A DNA stretch of 64,000 bases from Carcharhinus amblyrhynchos. Lineage: Eukaryota. The stretch covers positions 45,446,001 to 45,510,000 of the forward strand of contig OZ336889.1 in NCBI GenBank assembly GCA_965287045.1. The letters are read 5' to 3'. Numbering within the stretch: position 1 is the stretch's first letter; each line of letters starts with the position of its first letter. Both the position numbers and the translations under genes were made by a program. Below, one piece after another: positions 11,616 to 24,245 of the stretch. Under the pieces are notes generated by a model, which was given only the letters and a program-made list of their open reading frames with translations, searched no databases and was not told the DNA's origin.

Positions 11616-11993
11616 TTGGATTTTATAAATATACTCACTCTTCCACGCCTGCATCAAAGTCTCAAAAAGAACTTTAGTTAAGAATAAAGCAAAACGCACA
11701 GCTTTCCAGCGGTGGTGTAAAATGCCCCCAGATTTTGAATCTGCACTGCATTCTGTAACATTAAATTAGGGAAACTCTTAGAATAGAGTTAGACAGTGCT
11801 TCAAATATGTTGGAACATCCACATCCTGAAATTTATACCAGACACTAACATCGACCGAGTTATACAGGAACCTGCTGTTCACTAGAATTATTGTCATGAC
11901 AAAATGGTAAAAACATTTTTTAAAATCTTTCTCTTCCTTTCCTTGTATTCCAAATATGTTAAACATCTCTTTAAAATATTTTACAAAAAAAAT

Positions 11994-12424
11994 GTACTCG
12001 TTAGAGTTTAGAAGAATGAGGGGAGATCTCATTGAGACGTATAAGATGATGAATGGGATGGATAGGATAGAGTTGGAGAGAATCTTCCTGCTCAGAAAGG
12101 ATAGTAGGACTAGGGGGCACAGCCTCAAGATAAAGGGGGGGCGGTTTAGAACAGAGTTGAGGAGGAACTTCTTCACTCAAAGGGTGGTGAATCTCTGGAA
12201 TTCTCTGCCCGTTGAGGTGGTGGAGGCTACCTCGCTAAATATTTTTAAGACGCGGGTTGATGGGTTTTTGATAAGAGAGGGGATTAAGGGTTATGGGGAG
12301 AGGGGGGGAATGTGGAACTGAGCCACGACAGATCAGCCATGATCTTATTGAATGGGGGGTGCAGGCTTGAAGGGCTAGTTGGCCTACTCCTGCTCCTATT
12401 TCTTATGTTCTTATGTTATGTTCT
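11994..12424 (+). mobile_element. Young 5'-truncated CR1 insertion private to unit 1
   Basis: YSLEFRRMRGDLIETYK...FFTQRVVNLWNSLP, tail (ttcttatg)n, short aat duplication. Empty site at ~33600 and ~53510. Confidence 0.95.
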
Positions 12425-15400
12425 AATCCTCCATGGAATTTCTGCTGCCTCTACTCGCTGCAGCTAGACCAAAGAATAAGTGTGCAAATAAATAAGGGCA
12501 AAAACTAACTTAATATCAGCGCAGGTGACGGAGGTTTTGGTACAATTGCAGCTCAACGCTTCAATATCGGCAGCTTTGCAAACCTCAATCGGAGGTTCAA
12601 ATTTGCTGCTCTTTGCGCATGCGCTGAGACTTGCATCGGGTTCCGACGCGCATGTGCGGGGCATAATCGACTTTAAGTCGCATTCGGGCAGCAAGTTCCC
12701 GGCCACGTATTCTGTTGACCTTTCTGATTTCTCAAACTGGGTCTGACATTTCCCACACGTTGATGAATTCCCTGGAACATGGACTTGCAAATTTGCAGCA
12801 CCTTCGCCACCTGCTGTTTGGACTGCGGTGTGGCACTTTCTTCCACTGAAGCCATGGCATCAGCGTTCCTCAAAGTCGTGACCTGGTATTTACACATTGC
12901 CCCATTTTCAGGAACTTGGATGTTTAAAATGAACACGACTCACTGCACCTCTACACCTGTCTTCACACACAGGTTGTACATCCCCCTATTCCATTCGATG
13001 ATGCTGTTTCTCCTCCACCAGCACAGTTTCGACATTTCGTTCCTCTGAAACTCTCTGCCCTGTTCCCCAAGGAGCACCTCTTCCACTGACTCACCACCAT
13101 GACCTACTGCTATGTCCAAGGACAACTGTGAATCCAGCAGATGGAAATGTTTGCAATTGTTGATCGGATGAAATAAACTTCCCTCCTCGTACACCGTTTA
13201 AACATTTAGTTAATGACATTTCTTTTGTGCATTATAACACCAGAATGAACAAAGATTACTTCAGGATTAATGACCGCTCCCCCCCTCTCCGCCCCCCAGA
13301 CCACACACGCACACAGTTACCGGACAAATTCCCGGTGTTCAGTGCGGTCATTCAGGAGGATAAAACAGCCCCTGGGCAAACGGTGCCCCCTGACATTCTG
13401 GGCAACCGTTCCTTCTGAAAGGAAATGTTGATTCACTTTCTCCCGTTACCCGAAAGCAAACAGAAAAAACATTCTGTGAGGACGAAAATTAGACACAACA
13501 TTTGTTGAGAAGTCAGCAGCATCTCAAAACCACTGAAATTTACCACATCTTCTTAAATGAGGAACTGCTCATATCACGTGACCCTGTAACCTAAGATTTA
13601 TATTTTATAACGAACAGCGTGAATTCATACACGTGCCCAGGCTCAACTTCCACGGCATTGAATTTCTTACGGCACTCACTGCATCGCCAGCTTATCTGCC
13701 AAAGGACACCTTTGAATCCGTCAGAATGAAATGGTTATAAATATTTATTACATGAATAAACTTTCCATGCTCTAACATGGTTCAAACACTCAGTTAGTGA
13801 CGTATCGTTTGTTCATTCCAGAATTAGTCTGAGCACTGGTCACTCTGACCTGAATGGTTCCCAACAGTTACCTGGGCACCTCAGTGAGCTCAAACAGGAA
13901 GGCGTCACCGCCCAGGTCACAGAGTGCTTCCGGGCATTATGGGTAACCATTTTCTCAATACATAAATGAATAAAAAAACCTTGTTTTCTTACTACCCTGT
14001 CTTCTGAAACCCTTTGTACAGTTAATGGAGACAAACCCAGTGGTACAAAAACAAACTGATACGTCCACATTGTGCCAACGACGAGTAGAGATTACAGTTG
14101 ATAACAAGGGCGGCACTATCTTCAAACAACTGGAATTTTCGACACTTATGAAATAAGGAAACATGCACATCCAATTGCCTTTTAACTATCTACAATCAAA
14201 CTAAGATTTTTTTGATCAAATATCATAGATTCATAGCCATGTCCTGGCACAACGCCCAAATCATTGATAGTTTTACGGCCCCTGTAAATAAATGACACGC
14301 TTCCACTTGCAATCACTCCCTGTCAATTTCTTTCCAGGCTGAGGTATTGATTTTTCTTGGACGACTTCAAGCTTCCATTACCGAAGACGCGGCGATGCCT
14401 GCTTTCAAGTTCACAAAGCCGAATTTTGAGACCTGCATCCACTAAATTATGAAATAATTTATTCTGATTCACATTCTGCGATGCAACACGTTTTGAAGTC
14501 AGTTAAATGATTGATTTCTACTTGGCTAAGGTAACAATTTTCTAAAATGTACTTCCCCATTTATTTTACTGTCAGCATTTTATGGTTTAATTCAACGCGT
14601 TCCACGTTCTTTAAATTATGTTAAATGTGTACAGACCCATGAAAACAATTGAAATGTTTGAAATTAGTTTTGAAATCCTTTAAATTCATTTAGAAATTTG
14701 GAAAGCGCCCGGCGGAGGACTGAAGGGATTTCAACGGCCGTTCCGTCAAATGATGATTTCACTCGGGCTGCCACTTCTGAGACTCGCCTATACTCCTGGT
14801 GCCTGTCTCCGTAGACAGCTGAGTCCGGCAGCAGGGAGATGAAGACCCGAAACCTGCAGTGGTAAACGTTAAGGCAGCAGATTCAATAGTGGTCAGCGGC
14901 ACGACAGCCTCGCAGCCAACCGGATCCTCTGGGTGAATATTTAAGAGATACTTACGATTCGCATTGCTGTGATGTCACCAAGCATTGTAAGGAACTAACG
15001 GCATTACAGCATTTTTACAGACAATAAATTAAGAAGTACAAACTCGCCCGTCATTAAAAGCCGAGACAAACCTCATTCTGGAAGATGTATAGAGCAGTTT
15101 AAGCAGAGAGCCTGATGGTGAAATAACACAACTTCTTGAAAATTCAATAGTTTGGAGCTGATTGCAGTTGTCAGGAACCCGGCTGATATTATCTGCGACG
15201 ATGTCCCAAACTGAAGCACCGGGAAATGGGTGTGTATAAATGTGTTTACCGGATCGGTGTGAGGAATAATGTGCAAGACCCAACCAGAACAGTGGACAGC
15301 CCAGTCGGAGTACAACACTAATAAATACAATAAAAACGACGTATATACACTAATAGCACTGTAACGATCGAAAACAGCGAAATGTAGGAACTATTAAGCT

Positions 15401-15541
15401 CACACACGCACTATAGGCAGAAATTAGACTACTTACGCGATCTGAAAAATTTGAGAACTTTCCTCTCCCTGAACAACATCCGATTCAATAGATTTATAAG
15501 TGAATGCCAGCTTATGGTTACTACACTGTATTCGATTGTTT

Positions 15542-15816
15542 AAGTTTATTTATTAGTGTCACAAATAGGCTTACATTAACTCTGCAATGAAGTCACTCTG
15601 CAATCCGTTTGTTGCCATACGGCAGTGCCTATTCGGGTACACTGAGGTAGAATTTAGAATGGCCAATGCACCTAAGCAGCACATCTTTGGGACGGTGGAC
15701 GGAAAATGGAGCACCCGAGGAAACCCACGCAGACACGGAGAGAAAGTGCAGATTCTGCACAATTAGTGACACGGGCCCCTGGCGCTGTGAGGCAGTAGTG
15801 CAAAATACTGAGCCAC
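15542..15816 (-). mobile_element. V-domain SINE with internal deletion; copies at ~36764-37039 and ~57470-57733
   Basis: Tail aagtttatttattagtgtcaca, V-domain ggagcacccgaggaaacccacgcagacacgg, head ctggcgctgtgaggcag...gagccac on the + strand. The B-box region is missing. Confidence 0.85.
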
Positions 15817-16449
15817 TTTGAGAACTTATTCTGGAGAATTGAAAATATGACTTTAACTGCCTCCACAAAGATGTCAGCCCTCATGCTTCGAGTCCGCGAG
15901 CTGGGACTGACCACTCCTCTTCTCTCCACAGTTAAGTTCCTCTCTCTGTTACAGTTTAAGCACAGAGGCAGTGCCTATACAATGAAAAAAAGAGCGGGTG
16001 CAAAAATCATCAGCTTTAGGAAAAGGCGGATGACAATTTTAAAATAAATTCCTTGCGGAAATGCACTTTTATATGAACTTCAATTCCTGCAGTCCCAACA
16101 CCAGCATGAAGAAAATCTGCCACAGATACCAGTCAAATTCCCATCTCAGTGAACTTTTGCTTTACTTTTCCTTTTGTCATTGAATTTTAATTTGGCTAAG
16201 GAAACAGCGAACGACTGCAAAGCTTGGTAATTCAACGTGTTTTCCTGTGTCGGTGATCATATTCCGAAATTGAGAGTTATCTTGTGAAATAGTCCATCAC
16301 TTTACCTGGGTGGGTTTTTATATCCACGCAAGTTAACCTTTTTTCCTGTTTTAAACGCATGGAGCCGAGCCAGATTAAGTTATTTGATAACATCATATAA
16401 ACGTTTAAGAACAGACTGCTAACTTCATCTTCATTTTAGACGCCGGTCA

Positions 16450-16576
16450 CCACCCACAACAGCTCCACCTCCCCCGCACCACCACCACCTCCCACCCGCT
16501 ACCGCCCCCCCCACCCCACCCCGCCAACCCCACCCCCCCCCCCCCCCACTCCCCACCACCCCGCCCTTCCAGCCCC
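16450..16576. repeat. C-rich low-complexity tract, length variable between units (37670-37752, 59835-59885)
   Basis: Runs of C and cca/ccc motifs. Confidence 0.8.
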
Positions 16577-16589
16577 AAAAACGAAAAGT

Positions 16590-17060
16590 CTGTTATGGTC
16601 AGATTTGGAGAGGTCTGATGGGGGAGTCGTGTGCACCCCTCTTCAAGTGGCTGTAAGACTATCCATTGTAACATATTTCCAATCGTTGCTGCATTCTTCA
16701 ACTCCAGTACCAATCTTTCCGCAGGATCTTTATAAAATGTCTCTCTGAAATCCAAGTACCAGGCTTTCCAACTATCATGGCTCTTTACCAAAGAAACACA
16801 ACAAGTTAGGTGAATGAATTCTCGGCCATGACTCTAATGCCCTATCTTTGTAGATCTGCTTTCTGTACAGATGCTCGATGATATTATTTCTAATAAATGT
16901 TTCCCGACTTTTCCACCCAATGGGCGGCAGACTCACCACATGTGTTTCCATGAATCACTTTTGCTACTATTAAAAGAGTTATGTCCCGTGTCCAGATACC
17001 GCCCCAGTATTCAGCATTTTCTCGGATATTTCTGCCAGAGTTCCTGCAACTTCCTACAGT
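16590..17060 (-). mobile_element. Old CR1 RT fragment; copies at ~37760-38250 and ~59900-60380
   Basis: Degenerate YLDFRETFYKDPAERL (consensus YLDFxKAFDKVPHxRL) and a GK(H)LLEII segment. Confidence 0.7.
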
Positions 17061-17097
17061 AAGATTTCTTGAAAGCAATTGATTAGGCTGTGGATCG

Positions 17098-17412
17098 ATG
17101 GCCGAGTGCTATTATCGCTACAGTATTAATCCAGAAAGCCAGCTGATGTCCTGTGGCCAGAGATTCGAATTCGGCAACGGCAGCTGTTGCTAATTAAAAA
17201 AATGTGGGAATGAGGACCATGAAACGATTGTCGGCAAAATCCCATCTGGTTCACTAACGTACCTTTAGGGAAGGAAATCTGCCGTCCTTGCCTGGTCTGG
17301 CCTCAATGTGACACAAGAGCCACAGCAACAGCCCTCTGATCAAGAGCAACTAGGGATAGGGAATAAGTGCTGGCCACCCAGCGACGTCCGTGTCCCACCA
17401 ATGAATGAAAAA
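17098..17412 (+). mobile_element. tRNA-derived SINE; copies at ~38285-38598 and ~60417-60744
   Basis: Degenerate A/B boxes (gttcgaatccc in unit 3), core cccatctggttcactaa...tttagggaaggaaatctgccgtcctt, tail gaatgaataaaaaa. Confidence 0.7.
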
Positions 17413-17954
17413 CAATGCGCCCCTATTGGGTTTTTACGGCTGTTTGGCCATCATTTGCTCTCATTTGGGAAGCACGTTATTTACAGAGAATTGAGTGTCA
17501 AATGCGCGCCGATATCAGGACCCGGGAATGGGAGAGGTCACGTGTTGGGCATATCCATGAGACTGAATCAATCTGGGTCGAGTTCATGCACTGCTCGAAG
17601 TGGAGCCTGTTCCTTAACGGCGCACTGGAAAATTCGAAGCACTTGGTTCCAGAAATTAATTGAAATGAACACATTCATTTATTTAGAGACCATTCAGTAG
17701 TATGAGGCGATCATGGATTTATTTCTCCCGATTTCTTCACGGCAAACAAAATATTTTTGGACGCTTCCTCTCTCACAATTCCAAACCATCCCTCGAACTT
17801 TTCATTTGCAATCATGGAGCGGTAGTACATACAGAAGGAGGCGGCTCAGCCGATCAAGGCTGACTGGCGCTTTGGAATTGAGATCCGTGAAATCCCACTC
17901 AACTCATCTTTCCCCTGACAATTCTCCTCCTGACAATTCTCCCCATTACAATTA

Positions 17955-18130
17955 CATGGCGCCTTTCACGATATCAGGACGTCCTGAGGCTCTTCACAGT
18001 CAATGGAATAGTTTTGAAGTGTAGTCACTGTTGTGATAGGGATCAGGGCAAAAAAATCTGTGCACATCTCACTTCCACAAGCAGAAAGGTCATCAAAACA
18101 AAATCATTTCCAGTGATGTTCATTGAAGGG
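17955..18130 (-). mobile_element. Deu-domain SINE (SacSINE/AmnSINE-like) relic; copies at ~39141-39316 and ~61303-61475
   Basis: gcgcctttcacga..tcaggacgtcc...ttttgaagtgtagtcactgttgt resembles the 3' part of DeuSINEs as I recall the consensus. Confidence 0.55.
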
Positions 18131-18854
18131 AAAGTTGTTTACCCAATACTTTCATGGATTGATTTCATGGATTTATTTTCTTTAATGGAGTGATGTGAAC
18201 CACGTAAAGGCAAGAAAATATTAGATTCGAGAGGCATCTGCATCGGCACAGACTGGTGGGCTGAAGGGCCAGTTCCTGTGCTATACTGTTCTTTCAATAA
18301 AACTCACATCTACATGGGACACAATAGGCAGACACGGTTTCATGACTCTTCTGAAGGATGTCGTAGTCAACAGAATGGCATGATTAAAGAATGCAATTCT
18401 GTTGAAATGCTATAAATCAGTTTCAGTGGCCAGGAAACAATGTACCAGGTTTAATTTTCTTTGTCCAATGCCTATGGAATTCATCAATCTAATTGCTAAA
18501 TGGCTGTACCGTCATTTGTAGAACCTCGACAGAGTTCTTCAGCTGGCACAGGAGATAGAGCAGGTTTGCAGCTTTCAGAACCGTGTTTGGTCAAACAGTG
18601 CATTGACTAACAGGCTGTGCAATTGAATGTGGATATCTGTGATGAAGCCAAAATCAGCAGCCACACGCTCCAGCAAATGATGGATTGAAACCTTGCATTG
18701 TTTCTATTAAAGTTTTGCATTGACAGTTTTTAACCTGGCTTTAGCAATCTTCTTCATCCTGTGATTGGTCAACGAGGGCCAAGCCGAATAAAAATTAAAT
18801 TACTTCCTATTCCCTTCGTCGGTAATCAACACCAGGAAACACTTAACAACCTGG

Positions 18855-19250
18855 ACATAAGGACCTAAGAAAGAGGAGCAGGAAGATGACCTTTTGCCCT
18901 TCGAATCTGTTGCGCCATTCAGCAAGGTCATGAACAGATCATCCACCTCAAGACCACCTTCCTGCGCTATCCCCAAATTCGATGATTAGCTTAATAAGTC
19001 AAAATAAATCACCAGCTTGAATGATCACAGTGACTGCGATTCCACAGTTCTCTGCGTAGAAAATTGAAATATTATCAATATGATGCACATTGTTGGGGTG
19101 CAAGTCTTGATCTTGTCCAAACACTGCTCTCTAAACGCAGCCAACGCGATAATGATCAATTTATTCCTGTTTCCTGTTTTCTGTCCATTCACCAATTTAA
19201 ATTCAGTCTCAGATATTGCACCCAATCCCACATGTCCGAATTCTATCCAT
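18855..19250 (-). mobile_element. Old CR1 3' end relics
   Basis: cataagga..taagaaagaggagcagga...cccttcga...ccattcagcaaggtcatg is a CR1 tail, followed by degenerate CR1-like sequence. Confidence 0.55.
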
Positions 19251-20126
19251 GAAACGTGTGTGGTGGTTCCTGATTTATCGTTTTTCTTTTGTAAAAGTAC
19301 GAATAAACCCGCTGATCCCACCTTATTCTTCTTTCCAGTAACATTCTCAAAAAGCTGACTTTCAAAGTCTGCTATTATAACCCCGCCAAGAAAGAGGTTC
19401 TAGGTTTTTGCCTGCGCTTGGTGCTAGACTCACAGTCCTCTGATTCCACAATTTTTTTCCTCCTTTCATAAATTTCAGGATTGACTTTGCCACATTCCAA
19501 CCTTCGAGAACTATTGCAGAATCAAGGGATTCCGGAAGTTTGACTACAATATCTCCTTGCAGTTACCTCGGTTAAACTATGTGCTGTGGAACCTCAGTCC
19601 CATGGGATTTGTCACGATTTATTCTCATTATTTTCACATCTACAACTTCTTCTCTTATACTGATTTATTTAACTTCTTCGTTCTGGCTGAACCATTGATT
19701 TCTAATTATCTTTGGATTGATTCTCCTTCGTAATTCCTTATGATTTCGCCAACTTTTGCCGCTAACCACACATTTATATCAATGGATAACTTCTTATCTC
19801 AATATGTTTAGTTACAAGCTGTATTTAGGACTCTTGCCAGTCAAATCTTTGCTCTGACCTCATGAATTTCTTGGTCCTCCTTTGTTGAGCTCTGAAAACT
19901 CCAAAACTCCTATCTTACGACTCTTTTGAATATACTGTATATGGAAATGGGATTACAATAGGTAGGTCTGTGAGGGTCGGTGCAGTCACGGTGGGCCAAA
20001 GGGCTTCTTTCTGTGCTGTTAAGTGTTATGACTTTGAGTATTTCACCTGACCGTATAACAGTGGTGAAATTTGTTTCCGGATAAAATTGCATCTTGTTTA
20101 CTGAATTATCCTTACTAATCCCTGTG

Positions 20127-20570
20127 AAGTATTAGATTTGGCAAATTTTCTTCATCAATAAGAGACACGAAAAAACGTATTGCATTTGATCTTAGGTCAG
20201 TTCATTTATTCATCAGCTTTATTTGGAGATCCTAATACTGATCGAAAGCTGAAACTGCAATCAGCATATTGCTTGGACTGATTTGATTTGCTGCATTTTA
20301 ATTAATATTATCTGATGCATAATGGTAATTGATAAAGAGCCTTTCACTATTACGGCATTGTATTTCACCAGACTCTGCAACAGCGGTGGGTCTTTTTTCC
20401 AGAAAACTTTAATGTGTAAATCAGCAGAGAAATAGAGTGAAGCCAGATACAAGGAGGTTTAAACACTATAAGGGTTAACAGAGAGGTTTCTGAGATTTGA
20501 TGAAAGAGTGTGTACGTGGAACCCTTAATGGGGTGGTAAGATTTTTGAACCAGTAGACATTAAAGCACTG
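20127..20570 (-). pseudogene. Decayed duplicate of the CL 3' UTR/polyA region; copies at ~42590-43025 and ~63273-63705
   Basis: Collinear blocks shared with 21505-21975 (aagtattagatttg; cgtattgcatttgatctta; the ttgctgcattttaatta...ttgataaa block; gcggtgg; gtttctga). Confidence 0.7.
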
Positions 20571-20909
20571 ACGGAACCAGCAGCATTCATTTAAATAACT
20601 GTTAAAATAAGTTTATCGGTTAACAAGAAGCAATTTGTACACATGAGATGCAGTACCGGATTCAACTGAATGATTATGATTATAAAACACATGTGCTGAT
20701 ATTTTGGGTGTATTGTTACTGACTTTAAGGAATATTGTTCATTTTAGTCAAACATCATTTTACCGCAAGGCAGCATGATAAAAGTCATTGCCGCAAGCCA
20801 AATGTCGAGAGAATCTTAGGCCTCGAAAATATGCAAGTTCCATCAGTAAAGTTTTGTATGGAAGGAACATATCGAACACCTAATCATATATCAAGAGTAG
20901 GTTTATTCA

Positions 20910-21417
20910 TTGTCCAGACGAGATAGACTGGTGTCCAGACGGGGTGTCGAGTTAGTTGGGGGTACAGTGAACTTTAAGGGAACCCGTGAGAGCGTTCATT
21001 TGAACACTGGTCTTAGGTTACTTAAGCAACCAGGATGCAGACTCAGTCCAGACGGAATTACCTTCCAGATTTCTCGGACTAATTAAATACCATTATGCTG
21101 AGGGGTAGAATGTGGTTGGGTATCTGACGTGTATTACTGTTGATTTGTGCATCTGGAAAATAATCGATTCAAAGTTACTGAAAGGCGCAAATGATTCATA
21201 AGTGAAAAAACTAAGATTGATTTGTTTTTGATTGCATATGTTAGATTCATCGGAGAGGTTTTGCTGCGCTAAGTCAGAGCTACTTAACTCTTTGACGAAC
21301 TCCTGGAGACTTTTGCTTTAAATAAAGTTACGTCTTTAATACAGAGATACTGGCTTCGTGAGTCTTGCATGGTCTAAAGCTTGGGTAGTACCGGTCATCT
21401 CGGTGACCCCACCAACA
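20910..21417 (+). mobile_element. Possible solo LTR
   Basis: AATAAA at ~21321 followed by a U5-like segment ending ...ccccaccaACA. The 5' end and TSD are not resolved. Confidence 0.25.
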
Positions 21418-21579
21418 GGGAGTACGAGCAATAGCTTAGATTCCACAGCTGAAAATAAAAGGTTTTCAATATAACATGTTACGGAAGGCGGAATAATACC
21501 GAAAAAGTATTAGATTTGACTGACCTTGAAAATAGCAATAAAGGATACGGTGAGTCGTATTGCATTTGATCTTAATTAT

Positions 21580-21585
21580 TTTATT
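21580..21585 (-). terminator. Candidate polyadenylation signal, cluster 2
   Basis: AATAAA on the minus strand ~310 nt past the C stop, conserved at 44046-44051. An ATTAAA variant lies at 21652-21657. Confidence 0.6.
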
Positions 21586-21892
21586 GAACAGTTTTATCTA
21601 AATGTCTGAGAGTAAGTAGACTCTTAAATTGCAATAACCGAATTGTTGCAGTTTAATTATGATTATCGGATACATAAATGTAAATTGATAAACAACGAGG
21701 ATTCACTGAACACGGCAATGTTCCGATTGAAGACCCTTTTAAAAGAGCAACTGTTAAAACCCGAAGCTCCAGCCGCGGTGGCCATTTTCTTAAATTTCTG
21801 AAATACGATCAATTTCTACTCTTTTTGTCACATGAAAGAGATGAACCGAAATGAACAAACATTCGCAGCTGGGCCGACAGCAGTTTCTGAAT

Positions 21893-22215
21893 TTACATAC
21901 AGCTGGATCTGGAGACGGTTGTTTTAAGTGGGTTTGCTAGAGCCTCGTGTTTGACCAGACAGGAGTAAAGCTCGTGTGACTTCCAGTCTAAGGCTGACAG
22001 AGTCAGATAACTGCTCACACTGAACGTGTTGTCCGCCTCCTGCTGGACCCGACTGGTCTCAACCCCATTCCGCCTGACGATGCCATCTATAGTCCATTCA
22101 ATCTCCGCAGCTCCCGGTTTAAAACCGCTCACCAAACACACCAGGGTTGCCGTGTTCTTCGCTGTGATTTGATTCGATGAAGGTGGGAGGAGGGAGACAG
22201 ATGGTTTCTGCGGAC
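21893..22215 (-). CDS. IGLC: Ig light chain constant exon, cluster 2
   Basis: Intact C1-set domain. Acceptor aaaccAG|GT at 22216-22217. About 4 nt differences from cluster 1 by eye. Confidence 0.97.
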
Positions 22216-23978
22216 CTGGTTTAAAAATAAAATAGGTTGAGTAGTGTTGGAGGATTGATTTGGTTGACGCATTATGATTTTCCAAAAAAAATCTAAATCC
22301 TGTCATTCATTAAATACAATAAATAGATCCCTTTACTTTGTGTGTTCATCCGAGGAACGGTGAAGGAGGGAGATCGATGGGACATTTGGATCTAAAAAGC
22401 GAAGTTCACTTTTAATGACTGACTGGGGTTGAACTGGAGTTGACTCTGTTCAATTTTATAGACAACAATTCAATACATGCGCATTATATTTCGCAATGTG
22501 TCCCAGAGGATCATTAATGACATCTTGGCTCATAATACATTGTTGAAAATAACCCTGTTATTTTTAGCTGCCGTGTTTCCACATTGAGAATCTGCGTTGC
22601 CAGTTAAAATAAGAAATAGTATTAGAAAAGCTGAACATAGATTAAATTTGCTCTATTGTGTTCCGATGGGAAGAAATGTTGATCAGTTTTACCTTCATGT
22701 TTTTACTGATGAAATTTGATGTTATAGTCCTGAGCAGTGTAGTTACAGTTTCTCTGGCAGTTTCACCCTGCGATGTTCTCCCCTCTCGGCTCTGACGGTT
22801 TCAACTCCACACGGGAAGCTGACCACGCTACCTGGACAGAAGTCCAGCGACGGGAAAGTGGCTCAGGCGGTAGTTACAGCTTTTGGATTAGAATTAAACT
22901 AAGATCCTCGATTGTTGGACCTAACTCACTACGTGTTACAGTTTTGGAGGAAGTGCCGTCAGGCTACCGTCATTGTGCGAAATCAGATTAACCAGTGATC
23001 GGTCTCACTACCGTCTATGGGGAAAAAGTGGCCGCGGAGATCATTTTGCGGATCTCATTAACAAAAATATTACGGCAAACACTCTGATATGTTTCGGATA
23101 CAAGCCACGAAATAAACGCAACTACTTGTTAGTACGGGCTGTGTCCTTAAATGTGCGTCTTTTGTTTGAGAGGACGATGGAAGTCTTGACTTTGTGCAGC
23201 AGTGTAACAATGATGATCTCTGGACAGATAGGATTACATTGAGGTTGACAGAAGTAGGAGTCGGGGAAATGTAAAATCTTTCATCGACCCAGCGTCCACC
23301 GTGTTACACTTTGGGCCGAGTTGCAATCCGCTCTCATACTGCTGGCATGGAGGCGCTATACTGATGCAACTTTCTGAGCGAGATTTAGAGCTAAGAGACA
23401 GTCTTACGACTTCGACTGCATAATTAGTGGAAGAGGTCAGTGTTAAATATGATGAACAGCATTACTATAGTGGAATTGTTACACTGGGTAACATTCTGCC
23501 TTCTCTGATCACGGGTCTCTGCCTCGAAATAAGCAACAAACTCAGGTTAGATTTCAACAGCTGAAGTGATTGGAGATTCCTGTGAGGCGCATGCTCAATA
23601 CACAGGATATCTGGCAATGTGAATGTTGGAACACAATGATGAAATTTAATAATGTAACATGTTCACACAATGTTAGTTTTAAAAAGACTCTGCGCTGTCG
23701 TGAAACTTGGTCATGTTTCATTCATTGCAGAGAAAACTAGGCAGTGATTCGCTATTTTACTTACACCCCAGCATACGCTTCAGCGGAGAAGTACACAGGC
23801 CTAACTTACAGTGGCCGTGTGAATTCAAAGCTTTGTAATTAAACAATGTCCGATAGAAAGTGTTTTCTCATGAGCGGCCAATCATCCTGCACTGCCTGTT
23901 CAAATCAACATTCCGGATTGAACCGCAGTTCAAATCAAATCCGGGATATTCAATGTAGCAATAGTTCCATCTGAAAAT

Positions 23979-24245
23979 GGGCGGCACCATGGCACAGTGG
24001 TTTGCTTGTCTGCTTCACAGCGTCAGGCAACCGGGTTCGATTCCCGCCTAGGGTCACTGCCTGTGAGGAGTTTGCATGTTTTTCCCTGTGTCTACATGAG
24101 TTTTCTCCGGGTGCTCCGGTTTCCTTCCACTCGGAAAGGCTTGCTGGTTCGGTGCATTAACCCCAACAGGCGCTAAAGTGTGGCGACGTGGGGAATTTCA
24201 AGTAACTTCATTGCAGTGTAAACTTGTGACTAATTAATAAACTTG
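23979..24245 (+). mobile_element. V-domain SINE in the J-C intron, cluster 2
   Basis: Paralog of 2354-2620. Confidence 0.85.

Larger units (their letters stand above)
1..21625. repeat. Tandem segmental duplication unit 1 (IgL cluster plus spacer)
   Basis: Position 1 (aaattgcaataaccgaattg) recurs at 21626. All three exons recur at a constant offset of 21625. The boundary is an arbitrary register set by the window start. Confidence 0.95.

Noticed and set aside
11220-11699. 159-aa and 102-aa Pro/Leu/Ser-rich ORFs
   Set aside because: Artefacts of a polypyrimidine strand lacking stop codons.
12940-13194. 84-aa ORF shared by units 1 and 2
   Set aside because: No recognisable domain. Sharing is expected from recent duplication, and no equivalent ORF is listed for unit 3.
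14360-14425. J-like VFGNGS motif on the minus strand
   Set aside because: No T-x-L-x-V continuation, no donor site and no valid RSS.
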